Shown: positions 51,037 through 60,531 of the stretch, in pieces
Numbering within the stretch: the first letter of the stretch is position 1
Layout: each line of letters starts with the position of its first letter
Assembly (NCBI GenBank): GCA_019058315.1
Contig: JAHPZH010000002.1
Coordinates: 768,001 to 832,000, forward strand
From: Candidatus Helarchaeota archaeon
GTDB lineage: Archaea; Asgardarchaeota; Lokiarchaeia; Helarchaeales; RDOG01
Direction: 5' to 3'
Length of the DNA: 64,000 nt
Notes under the pieces: model-generated
What the model was told of the DNA's origin: nothing
The model's input: only the letters and a program-made list of their open reading frames with translations
The model's database searches: none
Program-made: the position numbers and the translations under genes

Positions 51037-51270
51037 ATGCCTTTTAAAGAAGTTGATATTCCATCACATATAAGAAGTTATCAAGGGTATCCTCAGTTAA
51101 TTGAAAATGAAGGCTGCCCTAGATGCAAAAGTCTGATGTTAACTGTTGATATTAAAAGCTTTAAGATAGGTAATTTAACATTCGGTGCAACTTGCTCGAA
51201 CTGTGGGCTGTTTTTTTATGTAAAAGAGGATGATAAGAACCAAAAATTATTATTTGAATATGAAAAATAA
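51037..51270 (+). CDS. small zinc-ribbon protein
   Basis: CPRC...CSNC. Confidence 0.7.
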   Translation: MPFKEVDIPSHIRSYQGYPQLIENEGCPRCKSLMLTVDIKSFKIGNLTFGATCSNCGLFFYVKEDDKNQKLLFEYEK

Positions 51271-51284
51271 TTGTTCTTTAAACA

Positions 51285-52043
51285 TTGGTGAATTTAGTGA
51301 CACTTTCTGTTGGGGGAATTAAGGATATTAGCACTATTGATTATCCTGGAGAAGTAGTTTCCGTAATTTTTTTATGTGGTTGCCCCTTTAAATGTCCATT
51401 TTGCCAAAATTGGTCATTGCTTGATTATAAGAATTGTAATGATACAGAAATTTCTGATATTATATTAAAATTAAAGGATTATTCGGATTTTGTTAATGGT
51501 GTTTGTATTACAGGTGGTGAACCTACTTTACAAGAGAAAGGATTAATTGAATTTCTTAATCAAGGAAAGGATCTAGGTTTATTAAAATTGGATACAAATG
51601 GATTCTATCCCAGAATTATTGAAGAAATTTTGAAAATGAAGGTTATTTCATATATTGCACTTGATATTAAAACAAGATTTAACCCTATTGAATATGGGAC
51701 TGCATGTGGTCTCCCCGAATCTGGAGAAAAAATTATAAAACAAGTCAAAAGGTCAATCGAATTAATATTAAAGGAACCTTCAATCATTTTTGAAGCTCGT
51801 ACTACTATTGTTCCTAATTTAATTGATAAAGAAGAACAGATTGAAGAGATTGTATCTAGCTTATCTGGAGTTAAAAGATACGTTTTACAACAATTTAGAT
51901 CTGATGGAGGAACATTGGATCCGAATTTTAAAAATTTAGAAATGCCCTCCTATTCAAAAATGGTAAAATTGGCAGAAATTGCAAAAAAATATATAGACGA
52001 TGTCCGAATTAGGACCCTACTTAATGGAGAAGAAATAATTTAA
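51285..52043 (+). CDS. nrdG: anaerobic ribonucleoside-triphosphate reductase activating protein (radical SAM)
   Basis: STIDYPG, CPFKCPFCQN, ITGGEPTLQ, KLDTNG. Confidence 0.85.
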   Translation: MVNLVTLSVGGIKDISTIDYPGEVVSVIFLCGCPFKCPFCQNWSLLDYKNCNDTEISDIILKLKDYSDFVNGVCITGGEPTLQEKGLIEFLNQGKDLGLLKLDTNGFYPRIIEEILKMKVISYIALDIKTRFNPIEYGTACGLPESGEKIIKQVKRSIELILKEPSIIFEARTTIVPNLIDKEEQIEEIVSSLSGVKRYVLQQFRSDGGTLDPNFKNLEMPSYSKMVKLAEIAKKYIDDVRIRTLLNGEEII

Positions 52044-52069
52044 TAAAATATTATTAACTTACTAAAAGA

Positions 52070-52789
52070 TTGATTATGCCACGAGAAAAGGTCGCAGCTC
52101 ATTATATAATCCGCGAAATTAAATACAATACTCAAATTTGGGAAATATTTCGACAAAAACGCAAAATTGCACTTGAATTAATGAAGGCATTCAAAAGGTT
52201 TAACCCATTTATTCATGGTTCAATTGCACGTGGTGATATTAAACCTACTAGTGATATAGATATCATTATTCCTCATATAATAGATGAATTCGAGTTAATT
52301 CAACCACTTGATTCCATTAAATATGAGATTATAGAAAGATGGTTAGTTCAAGCTACCCCATTATCTGGAATTAAAGCAAATTTAGTATTGACACCTGAAA
52401 TTACAGTTACTATACCTCTGATCCCTTTCTACCCACGAGAGTTGCAATTTTATGATTTTGGTGGAAAAGTTGGTCTAGATGCAGTTCAATTAGGAACTAG
52501 AGTTCCTGGAATTAATAAGCAACTTTTATTGATAGATCCTACTGATTCTGGACATATTGAATCCCGTGTTACTAAACAAAATGCTGGTCAGGTCTCAAAA
52601 TTACTTGGAATATCTATTTCAACAATCCTTGAACGTATTCGTGTCCTTGAGAGAAGAGATAAAGTTGGTCGAACTGGGATGTATTTAAAAAGATTAGTCC
52701 CTCCATCAAAGTCTTTCGGACAAGTCCTTAAAGAAATTAGTAGCCGATTTCCCGCAACTAGAAGAAGAATTAGAAGGAAAAAAATATAA
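52070..52789 (+). CDS. archaeal nucleotidyltransferase (pol-beta fold, COG2413-like)
   Basis: HGSIARGDI..SDIDI, VQATP, FYDFGG, RRDKVGRTG. Confidence 0.8.
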   Translation: MIMPREKVAAHYIIREIKYNTQIWEIFRQKRKIALELMKAFKRFNPFIHGSIARGDIKPTSDIDIIIPHIIDEFELIQPLDSIKYEIIERWLVQATPLSGIKANLVLTPEITVTIPLIPFYPRELQFYDFGGKVGLDAVQLGTRVPGINKQLLLIDPTDSGHIESRVTKQNAGQVSKLLGISISTILERIRVLERRDKVGRTGMYLKRLVPPSKSFGQVLKEISSRFPATRRRIRRKKI

Positions 52790-52801
52790 AAGGTAAAATA
52801 A

Positions 52802-53410
52802 ATGAGCTTTATATTTACAATCGATCCCCATATACATTCTAAAAATTCACCCGATTGCAAAATGACTCGAAAGCAAATTATTTTAAAAGCTCTTGAGTTG
52901 GAATTAGATGCTATATGCATCACTGACCACGATATTATTACTAAAATGCTTCCTGATGCAAATATTCTAATTTTATCAGGTTGTGAGATAACGACAAATC
53001 ATGGCCATATTTTAGCCTATGGTATTTCGGAACCTATTCCTATATCACTTTCAGCAGAAGATACTATAGATAGGATCCATAATCAAGGAGGTGTTGCAAT
53101 TGCTGCCCATCCCTATCGTAAATTTGGTCAAGAAAATGCAGATATTATTGGGCTAGGAAACAGCGATAAAATCTTTTCTTGCCCTATCGATGGTGTTGAA
53201 GTTATCAATTCCCTTACTAATAAAAAAGAAAATTCAAAAGCCCGTGAAACTGCAAAATTACTTAAACTCCCTATGTTGGGTGGAAGTGATGCACACCGGA
53301 TAGAAACCATCGGAAAAGCTGTAACTAGATTATCAACAAGTATCGAAAATATTGATGATTTTATTAATTGTATAAAAAATGGAAAATTATTGCCCTCTAT
53401 AGGCTATTAA
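52802..53410 (+). CDS. PHP domain protein
   Basis: DPHIHS..SPD, ITDHD, AHPY, GGSDAH. Confidence 0.88.
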   Translation: MSFIFTIDPHIHSKNSPDCKMTRKQIILKALELELDAICITDHDIITKMLPDANILILSGCEITTNHGHILAYGISEPIPISLSAEDTIDRIHNQGGVAIAAHPYRKFGQENADIIGLGNSDKIFSCPIDGVEVINSLTNKKENSKARETAKLLKLPMLGGSDAHRIETIGKAVTRLSTSIENIDDFINCIKNGKLLPSIGY

Positions 53411-53418
53411 ATCTATAA

Positions 53419-53991
53419 TTATTGCTTTACTCTTCCTGCTCCTTTAAATTCAATAGTAATGAGTTCATCCTCTAGTTGCATAGCTTCTAATGAGTTTGTA
53501 AATATTTTATATTCCTTACCTATCAATAAGCTAAAATATTTTGAAATCGATTTTATAGCATTTGTAAAAAGGAAAATAGCAGCTTCTTTTTCGGTCTTGT
53601 TATTTAAATTATTCATAAAGAGACTATTTTTTATCGCTTTTGTTTCATCTTCATGAAAATAATATGTTATTGATAATTGTGAGTCCACAGCAGAATGCTT
53701 GTCACTCTCTATTATTAAAAACTTTTTCTTAAACGGGAAAACTTCAGATAACCACGTTTTAAATAATTTGGGTCCATCTTTTTTAAAAAAATCCGCTATT
53801 GATAAAAAAGAACCTGCCCGTTTACTCCAATCTTCATATAAAGCTTTAGCTTTTTCTTGAAATTCAAATAATTTTTCACCAAGCCCTGCGACAATATAAT
53901 CTTCAAAATACTTGTTAGCTATTCCTGCTGTTACTTCTAGGTTGGATTTCATAATAATATCATTAGTGAATTCAATAAATTCCTTTGACAC
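53419..53991 (-). CDS. hypothetical protein, paralogue of 54099
   Basis: Shared WLSE.FPF.K, HSAVDSQL, AIKSIS.YF..LIG..YKI, EF.GAGR blocks. Confidence 0.75.
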   Translation of the reverse strand: MSKEFIEFTNDIIMKSNLEVTAGIANKYFEDYIVAGLGEKLFEFQEKAKALYEDWSKRAGSFLSIADFFKKDGPKLFKTWLSEVFPFKKKFLIIESDKHSAVDSQLSITYYFHEDETKAIKNSLFMNNLNNKTEKEAAIFLFTNAIKSISKYFSLLIGKEYKIFTNSLEAMQLEDELITIEFKGAGRVKQ

Positions 53992-54098
53992 GGCATGTTT
54001 CGCCTTCTATTCTTTTTTAAATCTTTAAAAAGAATAATTTTCCATAATTTTTAAAGGTTTTAATAAAAAAAATTTTAATACAAAATATTTTCAAAGCT

Positions 54099-54680
54099 TT
54101 ATTGAGGACGCCCAGCACCTTGAAATTCTACAAAAATAGATCCATTAACATCAATTTCATATAAATTAATATTTTCAGTGTAAATTTTATATCTAGTTCC
54201 AATTAAATTTTCAAAATAATCCGAGATTGATTTTATCGCATCGACAAATAATATTCTTGCGACGTCATTTATTTTCTCTTTCCATTCGTGAAATTCTAAC
54301 TTCTCAAGAACAAATTGAATATAGTCTAATTCAGCTTTATCGTAAACATAACTAATAATCAATTGAGAATCCACTGCCGAGTGCCCTTCGGGACAATCAA
54401 TTATTAAACTCTCTTTTTGAAATGGAAAAATTTCTGATAACCAATATTGAAACAAATCTCTACCATTCGTGCTAATAAAACCAGATATACCTTCAATAGA
54501 ACCTCCCTGTGTTTTATACTGCTGGAAATGATTGTTAACATATTGTTGAAATAGTATAAGCGCTTCTGGGGAGGCATTTTTCAAATAATGTCTAAATATT
54601 GATTGTAATTTTCCTCCCTCTATTCTTAACTGGGAGAGATTTATAATATTATAAACCAATATTCTAAAACGTTCGCTCGT
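54099..54680 (-). CDS. hypothetical protein, paralogue of 53419 (probable ACG start at 54680)
   Basis: Same conserved blocks; the upstream extension SERF aligns with SKEF of the paralogue. Confidence 0.75.
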   Translation of the reverse strand, partial: TSERFRILVYNIINLSQLRIEGGKLQSIFRHYLKNASPEALILFQQYVNNHFQQYKTQGGSIEGISGFISTNGRDLFQYWLSEIFPFQKESLIIDCPEGHSAVDSQLIISYVYDKAELDYIQFVLEKLEFHEWKEKINDVARILFVDAIKSISDYFENLIGTRYKIYTENINLYEIDVNGSIFVEFQGAGRPQ

Positions 54681-54783
54681 TTTTTAGCACTCCATTTTTT
54701 ACTCTTATTCAAATAAAATCCATCGCTAATATTAAAAATTTATTATATAGGTCTTGTCAATTCTTGCTTTATAAATTGAATGT

Positions 54784-55824
54784 TTAAAGTTTAATAAAAC
54801 GTATGTCTAAATCTTTAGCTTCCATGTGCTCATACTTTCCAGTTATACCAAGTTTGCCCTCATGATCTACTTGTCGTGCCATATGTCCATAAGGTGTCCC
54901 ATTTTTTATTCCTTCAGTAATAAAAGTGTGACGTAGTGAATGAAAAGTGCGTCCTTCTTTCTTTATACCTGTTTGGTTTAATACTTTGTATAAAATTCGA
55001 TTCATTGATGGTATAGAAAGCTCTCCGGATTTTCTAGAGGGAAAAACTATGTCAGAAATATGAGTTTTATGATGAATATAATTATATAATTCTTTACAAA
55101 ATTGCTTTTCAATACGAACTCGGATTTTACCACGTTCTTCTTGATTTTCCTCGGTCTTTCCTTTCCTTAGAAGTCTCACAGTTGGGATGCAGTTTTCACA
55201 ATTTTTAGAACAATAGTTACAATCTAAATCCTGTTTCTTTAACTTCCTTACAGCTGTATTACGTGCACCAGTTCCCACAGCGCTAAATTTTAATAATAGA
55301 TAATTTCTAAGACTTAAAGTTGAATATCTATTATTTTCTAACTCTTTAGAAGCTTCTAAAATCTGTTTAAGTTCATTAATCCTAAATGGCAATTTTTCTT
55401 TTTTTATTGCTTTTACTCTTTCAAAATTTGAGATATCCTCATATTCTTCAATTAAGTTTCTAAGTTTTTCAATTTGTGGACCAAAATCCTTACCGGAACG
55501 CTTTTTTCTCCTTAAAAGTCTTCTCTTAATTCCTATCATATATTTGACAAACGACTTTATTGCTGAAATCCTTCTATTAATTGTTGAACCTGAGCATTTT
55601 CTGCTTCTCATAGTTTCTATATAATCTTCAAGGTCCTCTATTAAGATATTTTCAACATTCTGAATCCCCGTATTTTGACAAAAATCTAGAATATCATAAC
55701 GATAATTACGAATAAGTGATTTTGATTTTCCTTCTTTCTTCTTTTTATCTAAAAATTCTTCAATAATAGTTAAGGATCCACTTAATTCAATTTTTTTATC
55801 CCTAGATTCAATTTCAATTACCAT
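54784..55824 (-). CDS. tyrosine recombinase/integrase (XerA-like) with a Cys-rich insertion
   Basis: STINRRISAIKSF core-binding domain; catalytic R (GAR), K (KGK), HSLRH, H (DH), Y (GKY). Confidence 0.88.
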   Translation of the reverse strand: MVIEIESRDKKIELSGSLTIIEEFLDKKKKEGKSKSLIRNYRYDILDFCQNTGIQNVENILIEDLEDYIETMRSRKCSGSTINRRISAIKSFVKYMIGIKRRLLRRKKRSGKDFGPQIEKLRNLIEEYEDISNFERVKAIKKEKLPFRINELKQILEASKELENNRYSTLSLRNYLLLKFSAVGTGARNTAVRKLKKQDLDCNYCSKNCENCIPTVRLLRKGKTEENQEERGKIRVRIEKQFCKELYNYIHHKTHISDIVFPSRKSGELSIPSMNRILYKVLNQTGIKKEGRTFHSLRHTFITEGIKNGTPYGHMARQVDHEGKLGITGKYEHMEAKDLDIRFIKL

Positions 55825-55843
55825 TTTGAGGATCCTCTTTTAA

Positions 55844-55886
55844 TTTGTGAATGAAATATAACCAGATCTGTTATTTCATTCATAAA
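55844..55886. repeat. inverted repeat TGAATGAAATA-N13-TATTTCATTCA upstream of the recombinase
   Basis: Perfect 11-bp arms at 55848-55858 and 55872-55882, extending to 15 bp with 1 mismatch; central CAGATCTG palindrome. Confidence 0.8.
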
Positions 55887-56006
55887 GCCTCAAAATTATT
55901 AAAAAGAAAGTATCATTTAGAGAATATTCGGGATATATTTAGAGCAATAAATAAGCCTATTAACTATTAATAAAAATAAATGAAAAAGAAAATAATTTTA
56001 GGTGAG

Positions 56007-57629
56007 TTAAATCGAAAAATAGTTTCTAATCATTGTATTAATTGGATTAAAAACCTCAATATTTCCGTCCCAGCTAGCTATTGTTTCCCAAAAAACGTTT
56101 TGAATTTCCTCAGTCAAATTTTTCAATTTTGTTCGAAGAATCTTTAGGTCTTTTGAAGCCAATAAAGCTACAGAAAATTGTTTTCCATATTCAAACAACA
56201 GTTTCTTATCTTCATGATCGATAATTTTCAATCTTTGATCACTATGTGTCATTTCTTGTAATATTGCTTGGACTCCAGAAATTCCACCAACAAATAAATC
56301 TGCATCTACTTGTTCAGACTTCTGAAATGAGTAATCTATCAATACTATGCCCCCTTCATTAATTACATAGAGATGAATGAGTTCTTTATCCCATTCCATT
56401 TCTTCAGCAGGAGGAAGGGATTCTTTCATAAAAACAAATGGGATTAATGAGAATTCGCTTATTAAAAAGATGGTTACCAGAATCATTGTATCTATGAATT
56501 GATTTAATGCAGGTAAAGTCATAATATTAGCTATAATAAACCCAAGTCCTCCTCCAATCGCAACTGAGCTCCATCCATATCCATTAAATCGTGCCATATT
56601 ATTTTTTGGAGAAAAATCAGACCAAACAGTACAGATAATTATTACATAACTTGCTGTTATCGTTGAATAGAAAACTACACTGATAATCATGAAAGCAAAA
56701 ATCTCCCAGAATACTAAAAATACCAATACAGTTGGTATAAGCATGTTTGAGATGAAAAAAATATGTTTTCGTCCATATTTGTCCATTAATTTTCCAAATG
56801 CAGGGCTCAATACTAGGTTCATTCCCCCTATTACTAAGAAATCAAGATTTATAAGCCCCAGACCAAATGTATCTGCAAATTGAACATAATATCCTAAGTT
56901 TTTGAGATAAAAACTCATCGGCATATTTGCTTCAAAAAACCTGGTATTTGCTCCTAATAGAAATACAATTATTCCTAAAAACATACCAAAAACCAAAGTA
57001 CTTGTCCAATAAACAAGCCCTGCTCTTTTTACATCAAAATCTCTTGGAATAGTAATTAATGGTTGATATAACAATTCTAATTTTTTTGTTCTAATTAGAT
57101 AAAAACTAACCACTCCAACGATTATATTGATAATTCCTAAAATAAAAATGTTTAAAAAGATATTAAAAGCCGAAATTAGCGCCGTTACTGATACAAAACC
57201 CCATCCTATTCCAAGATAAAGTCCAGCATTTAACCCTCGTTTATTTATTTGAATATTAGATCCTATATAGCTTGTTCCGATTATGACATTAGGACCTGTA
57301 AAAATACCTAACAATAGAACGAGGAATAATGATATTTGTACATTTCCATAAAAAAAAATTAAAAGAAGAGCAAGAGTTCCCCATATAATGAATGAGAGGA
57401 AAAAATAATTTTTATTCTTAATTTTATCAATAATAATTCCACATAAAAGGCTTGAGAATCCAAATGACATCCAAAAAGTTTCCATCCACATTACATCTAT
57501 ACCATAATGAAATACTAGATTAAGAAAAGGCACAAAACCAAAGGTCATTGTGGTCATTACTCCCACAGAGACCAGTAAAAAATGTGAAAAATTTTGAATA
57601 TCGAATTTTGTCATTTTATTATCCACCAT
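56007..57629 (-). CDS. MFS transporter fused to a C-terminal longin-like domain
   Basis: About 12 TM with motif A twice (GIIIDKIKNK, GKLMDKYGRK); C-terminal HLYVINEGG / LFVGGISGV / IDHEDKKLLFEYG / WDGN. Confidence 0.75.
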   Translation of the reverse strand: MVDNKMTKFDIQNFSHFLLVSVGVMTTMTFGFVPFLNLVFHYGIDVMWMETFWMSFGFSSLLCGIIIDKIKNKNYFFLSFIIWGTLALLLIFFYGNVQISLFLVLLLGIFTGPNVIIGTSYIGSNIQINKRGLNAGLYLGIGWGFVSVTALISAFNIFLNIFILGIINIIVGVVSFYLIRTKKLELLYQPLITIPRDFDVKRAGLVYWTSTLVFGMFLGIIVFLLGANTRFFEANMPMSFYLKNLGYYVQFADTFGLGLINLDFLVIGGMNLVLSPAFGKLMDKYGRKHIFFISNMLIPTVLVFLVFWEIFAFMIISVVFYSTITASYVIIICTVWSDFSPKNNMARFNGYGWSSVAIGGGLGFIIANIMTLPALNQFIDTMILVTIFLISEFSLIPFVFMKESLPPAEEMEWDKELIHLYVINEGGIVLIDYSFQKSEQVDADLFVGGISGVQAILQEMTHSDQRLKIIDHEDKKLLFEYGKQFSVALLASKDLKILRTKLKNLTEEIQNVFWETIASWDGNIEVFNPINTMIRNYFSI

Positions 57630-57696
57630 TATTAAAGATAAAGTGTATAATCATGGGTACAATAAAAATTATTCTTATAGAAAAAAATGTTCTACC

Positions 57697-59079
57697 TTAT
57701 TTACCCTTAAAAATCCTTAATATGGTGTCTGCATCATCGATATCTTCTTTAGATAATGATAATATTATCTCTTTTTCTTGTCTTGTGAACTCAAGTTCCT
57801 TAATATCTGGTTCAAGAATGATTTTTTCAATATTTGACCATTGATCTGATAAAAAGGTAAGTGTAAGGTCCTCTTTACGACTATTAAAATTGATTATGTG
57901 AATTAAATTATCGTCACCATAGATAGTACCAATAATTCCAAAATCTTTCTTATTTAATGTAATTCCTGGGACTTTTTTCCCTTTATAATTCATAGGAACA
58001 GCTTCTGTAAATAATAAACGCCTTGGTTTATACCATTTTCCAAGTTGTTCTAATTGTTGAGCTGTTTCTGGGTATAATTCACCATTCATTTGTGCAGCCA
58101 TTCCAAAACCAAATTTGCCCCCATTAGCCATTACTATTGCTGCCATTCGAAATATTTCGTAAGGATCAGATCTAGGTAATGGAGCATCCCAAGCCTTTCC
58201 TGCTGGACCTACTAATTCCCATGGTTTTTTTAGTTTTCTGTATCTCTTCCCTTGTTGCCATGCTGTTTTGGAATCATGAGCTTCACCTGATAGATAATGG
58301 GCATATTTTAGTTTATAATCAATACTTTGATTAAATGTAAGAATAATTTCAGGATATTTCTTTTCCATAAAATACATAACTATATGAGAGGACCTCTCTC
58401 TCATATTTGGAAAATGATACCAATCCATCCATAAACCTGCTGTTTTATAATTTTCGATTAGTTCTACAAGCTGCTTTAACATATAAATTTCATATTTTAA
58501 TGGATTGTATGTAAATTCGTTAAAATAGACATCATCGAAAAATTCTTGTGTATATTGGATGTAATTTCTTTTAATACTAATATCAAACATAGTTTTAACA
58601 AATTTTGCTGTTTCGTAAGATTGTTTTGATATATATTCTTTATTTTTATGATGCATCGCAATGAAAGACGGTGTACAAGATCTTAGTGGTTGAATATCAT
58701 CAAATTGGGAGTTATGATCAAAAATGCTTGAATAATAAAACATTAGTGGAATCCTTGCTTTTTCGCTTTCTTCAGAAAGCAATTTAACGTAATCTACTGG
58801 AGTCTTCCAATTAGTATATTTTGTATCCCAATAACAAATGCCATCATGCCATTTAGCTTCAAAGATGTGATAATCAACCCCAACTTTTTTTGAAAATTCG
58901 ACCCATTTTTTCATTTTACAAAAAGGACCATTAAATTTAAAGTTTCCATCCTTATCTCTCATAGATGCGTTAAATTTATCGTAATTTCGATTCCATATCC
59001 AACCAGGTCTCGCTTCTATCTGATACATTATGGCAAGACCGGGTTTCTCCCACCAATCTTTATTATTTTTATTTGACAT
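57697..59079 (-). CDS. glycoside hydrolase family 29 (alpha-L-fucosidase-like)
   Basis: AKWHDGICYWDT, LWMD nucleophile motif, LGKW. Confidence 0.75.
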   Translation of the reverse strand: MSNKNNKDWWEKPGLAIMYQIEARPGWIWNRNYDKFNASMRDKDGNFKFNGPFCKMKKWVEFSKKVGVDYHIFEAKWHDGICYWDTKYTNWKTPVDYVKLLSEESEKARIPLMFYYSSIFDHNSQFDDIQPLRSCTPSFIAMHHKNKEYISKQSYETAKFVKTMFDISIKRNYIQYTQEFFDDVYFNEFTYNPLKYEIYMLKQLVELIENYKTAGLWMDWYHFPNMRERSSHIVMYFMEKKYPEIILTFNQSIDYKLKYAHYLSGEAHDSKTAWQQGKRYRKLKKPWELVGPAGKAWDAPLPRSDPYEIFRMAAIVMANGGKFGFGMAAQMNGELYPETAQQLEQLGKWYKPRRLLFTEAVPMNYKGKKVPGITLNKKDFGIIGTIYGDDNLIHIINFNSRKEDLTLTFLSDQWSNIEKIILEPDIKELEFTRQEKEIILSLSKEDIDDADTILRIFKGK

Positions 59080-59193
59080 TTTTATTCGAATTTAATTTGT
59101 ACAAATATTAAGATTAAGTTAGCTATTTTTTATTATTGATAAGAAGGATTGATTCACTAATCTTTAATAGATTATAGTAATCTATATTTAGAT

Positions 59194-60021
59194 ATGAAAA
59201 ATCAAAAAGGCTTTGATCGTGAAGCATATCCCGAGCTAAAAGAGTATTGGGAAAAATTTGAATCCACCGTTAAACCATATATCGAAATAAAAACTAAAAT
59301 TAATGAAAATATGAGTTATTGGCAAAGTAAATTTGGGGGATATCCATACTGGCCTAAGAAAATCGAATTTCCAAAGGATTCAAAAGGAAATTACTTATAC
59401 TTAGTCGCTCAATTGAATTTTGAAGAAATCCCTCAACTTAAGGGATTTCCCCAGAAAGGAATACTACAATGGTATGTATCACCAGATTTAGGTTTATACG
59501 GATTGGATGGTTATAAATTTAAAGATACTATTACTCAAAACAATTGGCGAGTAGTTTATTTCCCAGATATCGAAAAAAAGGAAGAAAATCTAATTACTAA
59601 TTTCTCATTCCTACCCAATCCTAAAGATTATACCACTTGGCCGCCGGTTTTAAAACCATGCTCTTTAAGTTTTAAAAAAGATTATGCTCCAATTGCATTA
59701 TATGATTATCAATTTATTGAACTATTTGGTGATCCATTCGATTTCTTTGGACAACTTGGTGAGGTTGGTGAAGAAGCTATGGATGCTTACAGTGTTGACT
59801 ATTCTGCTAAAGGACATAAGATAGGAGGATATGCAGATTTTGCTCAAGTAGATCAAAGGGTTCCTGAGTGGGGATATAATACTTTACTCTTACAAATAGA
59901 TAGTGAACCATCAAGAGACATCGATTTTGGCTCAGCTGGGGTTGGACACCTTTTTATAAAAAAAGATGATTTGAAAAAGCTAGATTTCTCAAATGTTATG
60001 TATACTTGGGATTGTGGTTAA
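59194..60021 (+). CDS. YwqG/DUF1963 family protein
   Basis: SKFGGYPY, AQLNF, HKIGGY..F.Q, LLLQIDS, TWDC. Confidence 0.85.
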   Translation: MKNQKGFDREAYPELKEYWEKFESTVKPYIEIKTKINENMSYWQSKFGGYPYWPKKIEFPKDSKGNYLYLVAQLNFEEIPQLKGFPQKGILQWYVSPDLGLYGLDGYKFKDTITQNNWRVVYFPDIEKKEENLITNFSFLPNPKDYTTWPPVLKPCSLSFKKDYAPIALYDYQFIELFGDPFDFFGQLGEVGEEAMDAYSVDYSAKGHKIGGYADFAQVDQRVPEWGYNTLLLQIDSEPSRDIDFGSAGVGHLFIKKDDLKKLDFSNVMYTWDCG

Positions 60022-60114
60022 AGAATAAATTTTTAAAAAAGGAAAAATTTTAATAATTACAATAAAATTTTTAGTGAAATAATTAGTGATTAAAAACTGG
60101 GACTTGGATTATAA

Positions 60115-60531
60115 ATGGCAACACCCGAGCAAATTTTATCTGTTGTTTTAATTAGTTTAGTAATTTCGTTTTTCGTTCTAATATTTTTAATATTTTTTAA
60201 TCTTAAACAGGTTAGAAAATTATATTCCTTACGAGCCGAAGATAAGATATGGGATCCATGGGGTTCGCTTTCTTTTGGGCTCAGCATCTTTTTAATTGGA
60301 TTTTCAGGTTTATTATTAGGAATGTTTTTCTATTTAAGCTCCACTCATCCTGAAATTCTAGGTCTCGGATTTTCACCTTTAACTTATTTTCAAAATCCAA
60401 TTCCCAGTTTAATGCTTTTGATCTATATAATAATTGGGATGGGAGTTTCCATTTTTGGAGTCTCTTTAAGTATTTACGGAATGGACCGATTTATTAATAA
60501 TGTTGAAAAGATAAGAGGAGAAAAAAAATAA
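60115..60531 (+). CDS. 3-TM membrane protein
   Basis: Three hydrophobic helices, WDPW motif. Confidence 0.65.
   Translation: MATPEQILSVVLISLVISFFVLIFLIFFNLKQVRKLYSLRAEDKIWDPWGSLSFGLSIFLIGFSGLLLGMFFYLSSTHPEILGLGFSPLTYFQNPIPSLMLLIYIIIGMGVSIFGVSLSIYGMDRFINNVEKIRGEKK

Noticed and set aside
37385-55824. Integron cassette array driven by the tyrosine recombinase
   Set aside because: No repeated attC-like hairpins seen between genes, and no IntI-specific insertion recognised
55851-55880. Canonical dif site
   Set aside because: Spacer between ATAA and TTAT is 9 nt rather than 6; kept only as a generic inverted repeat
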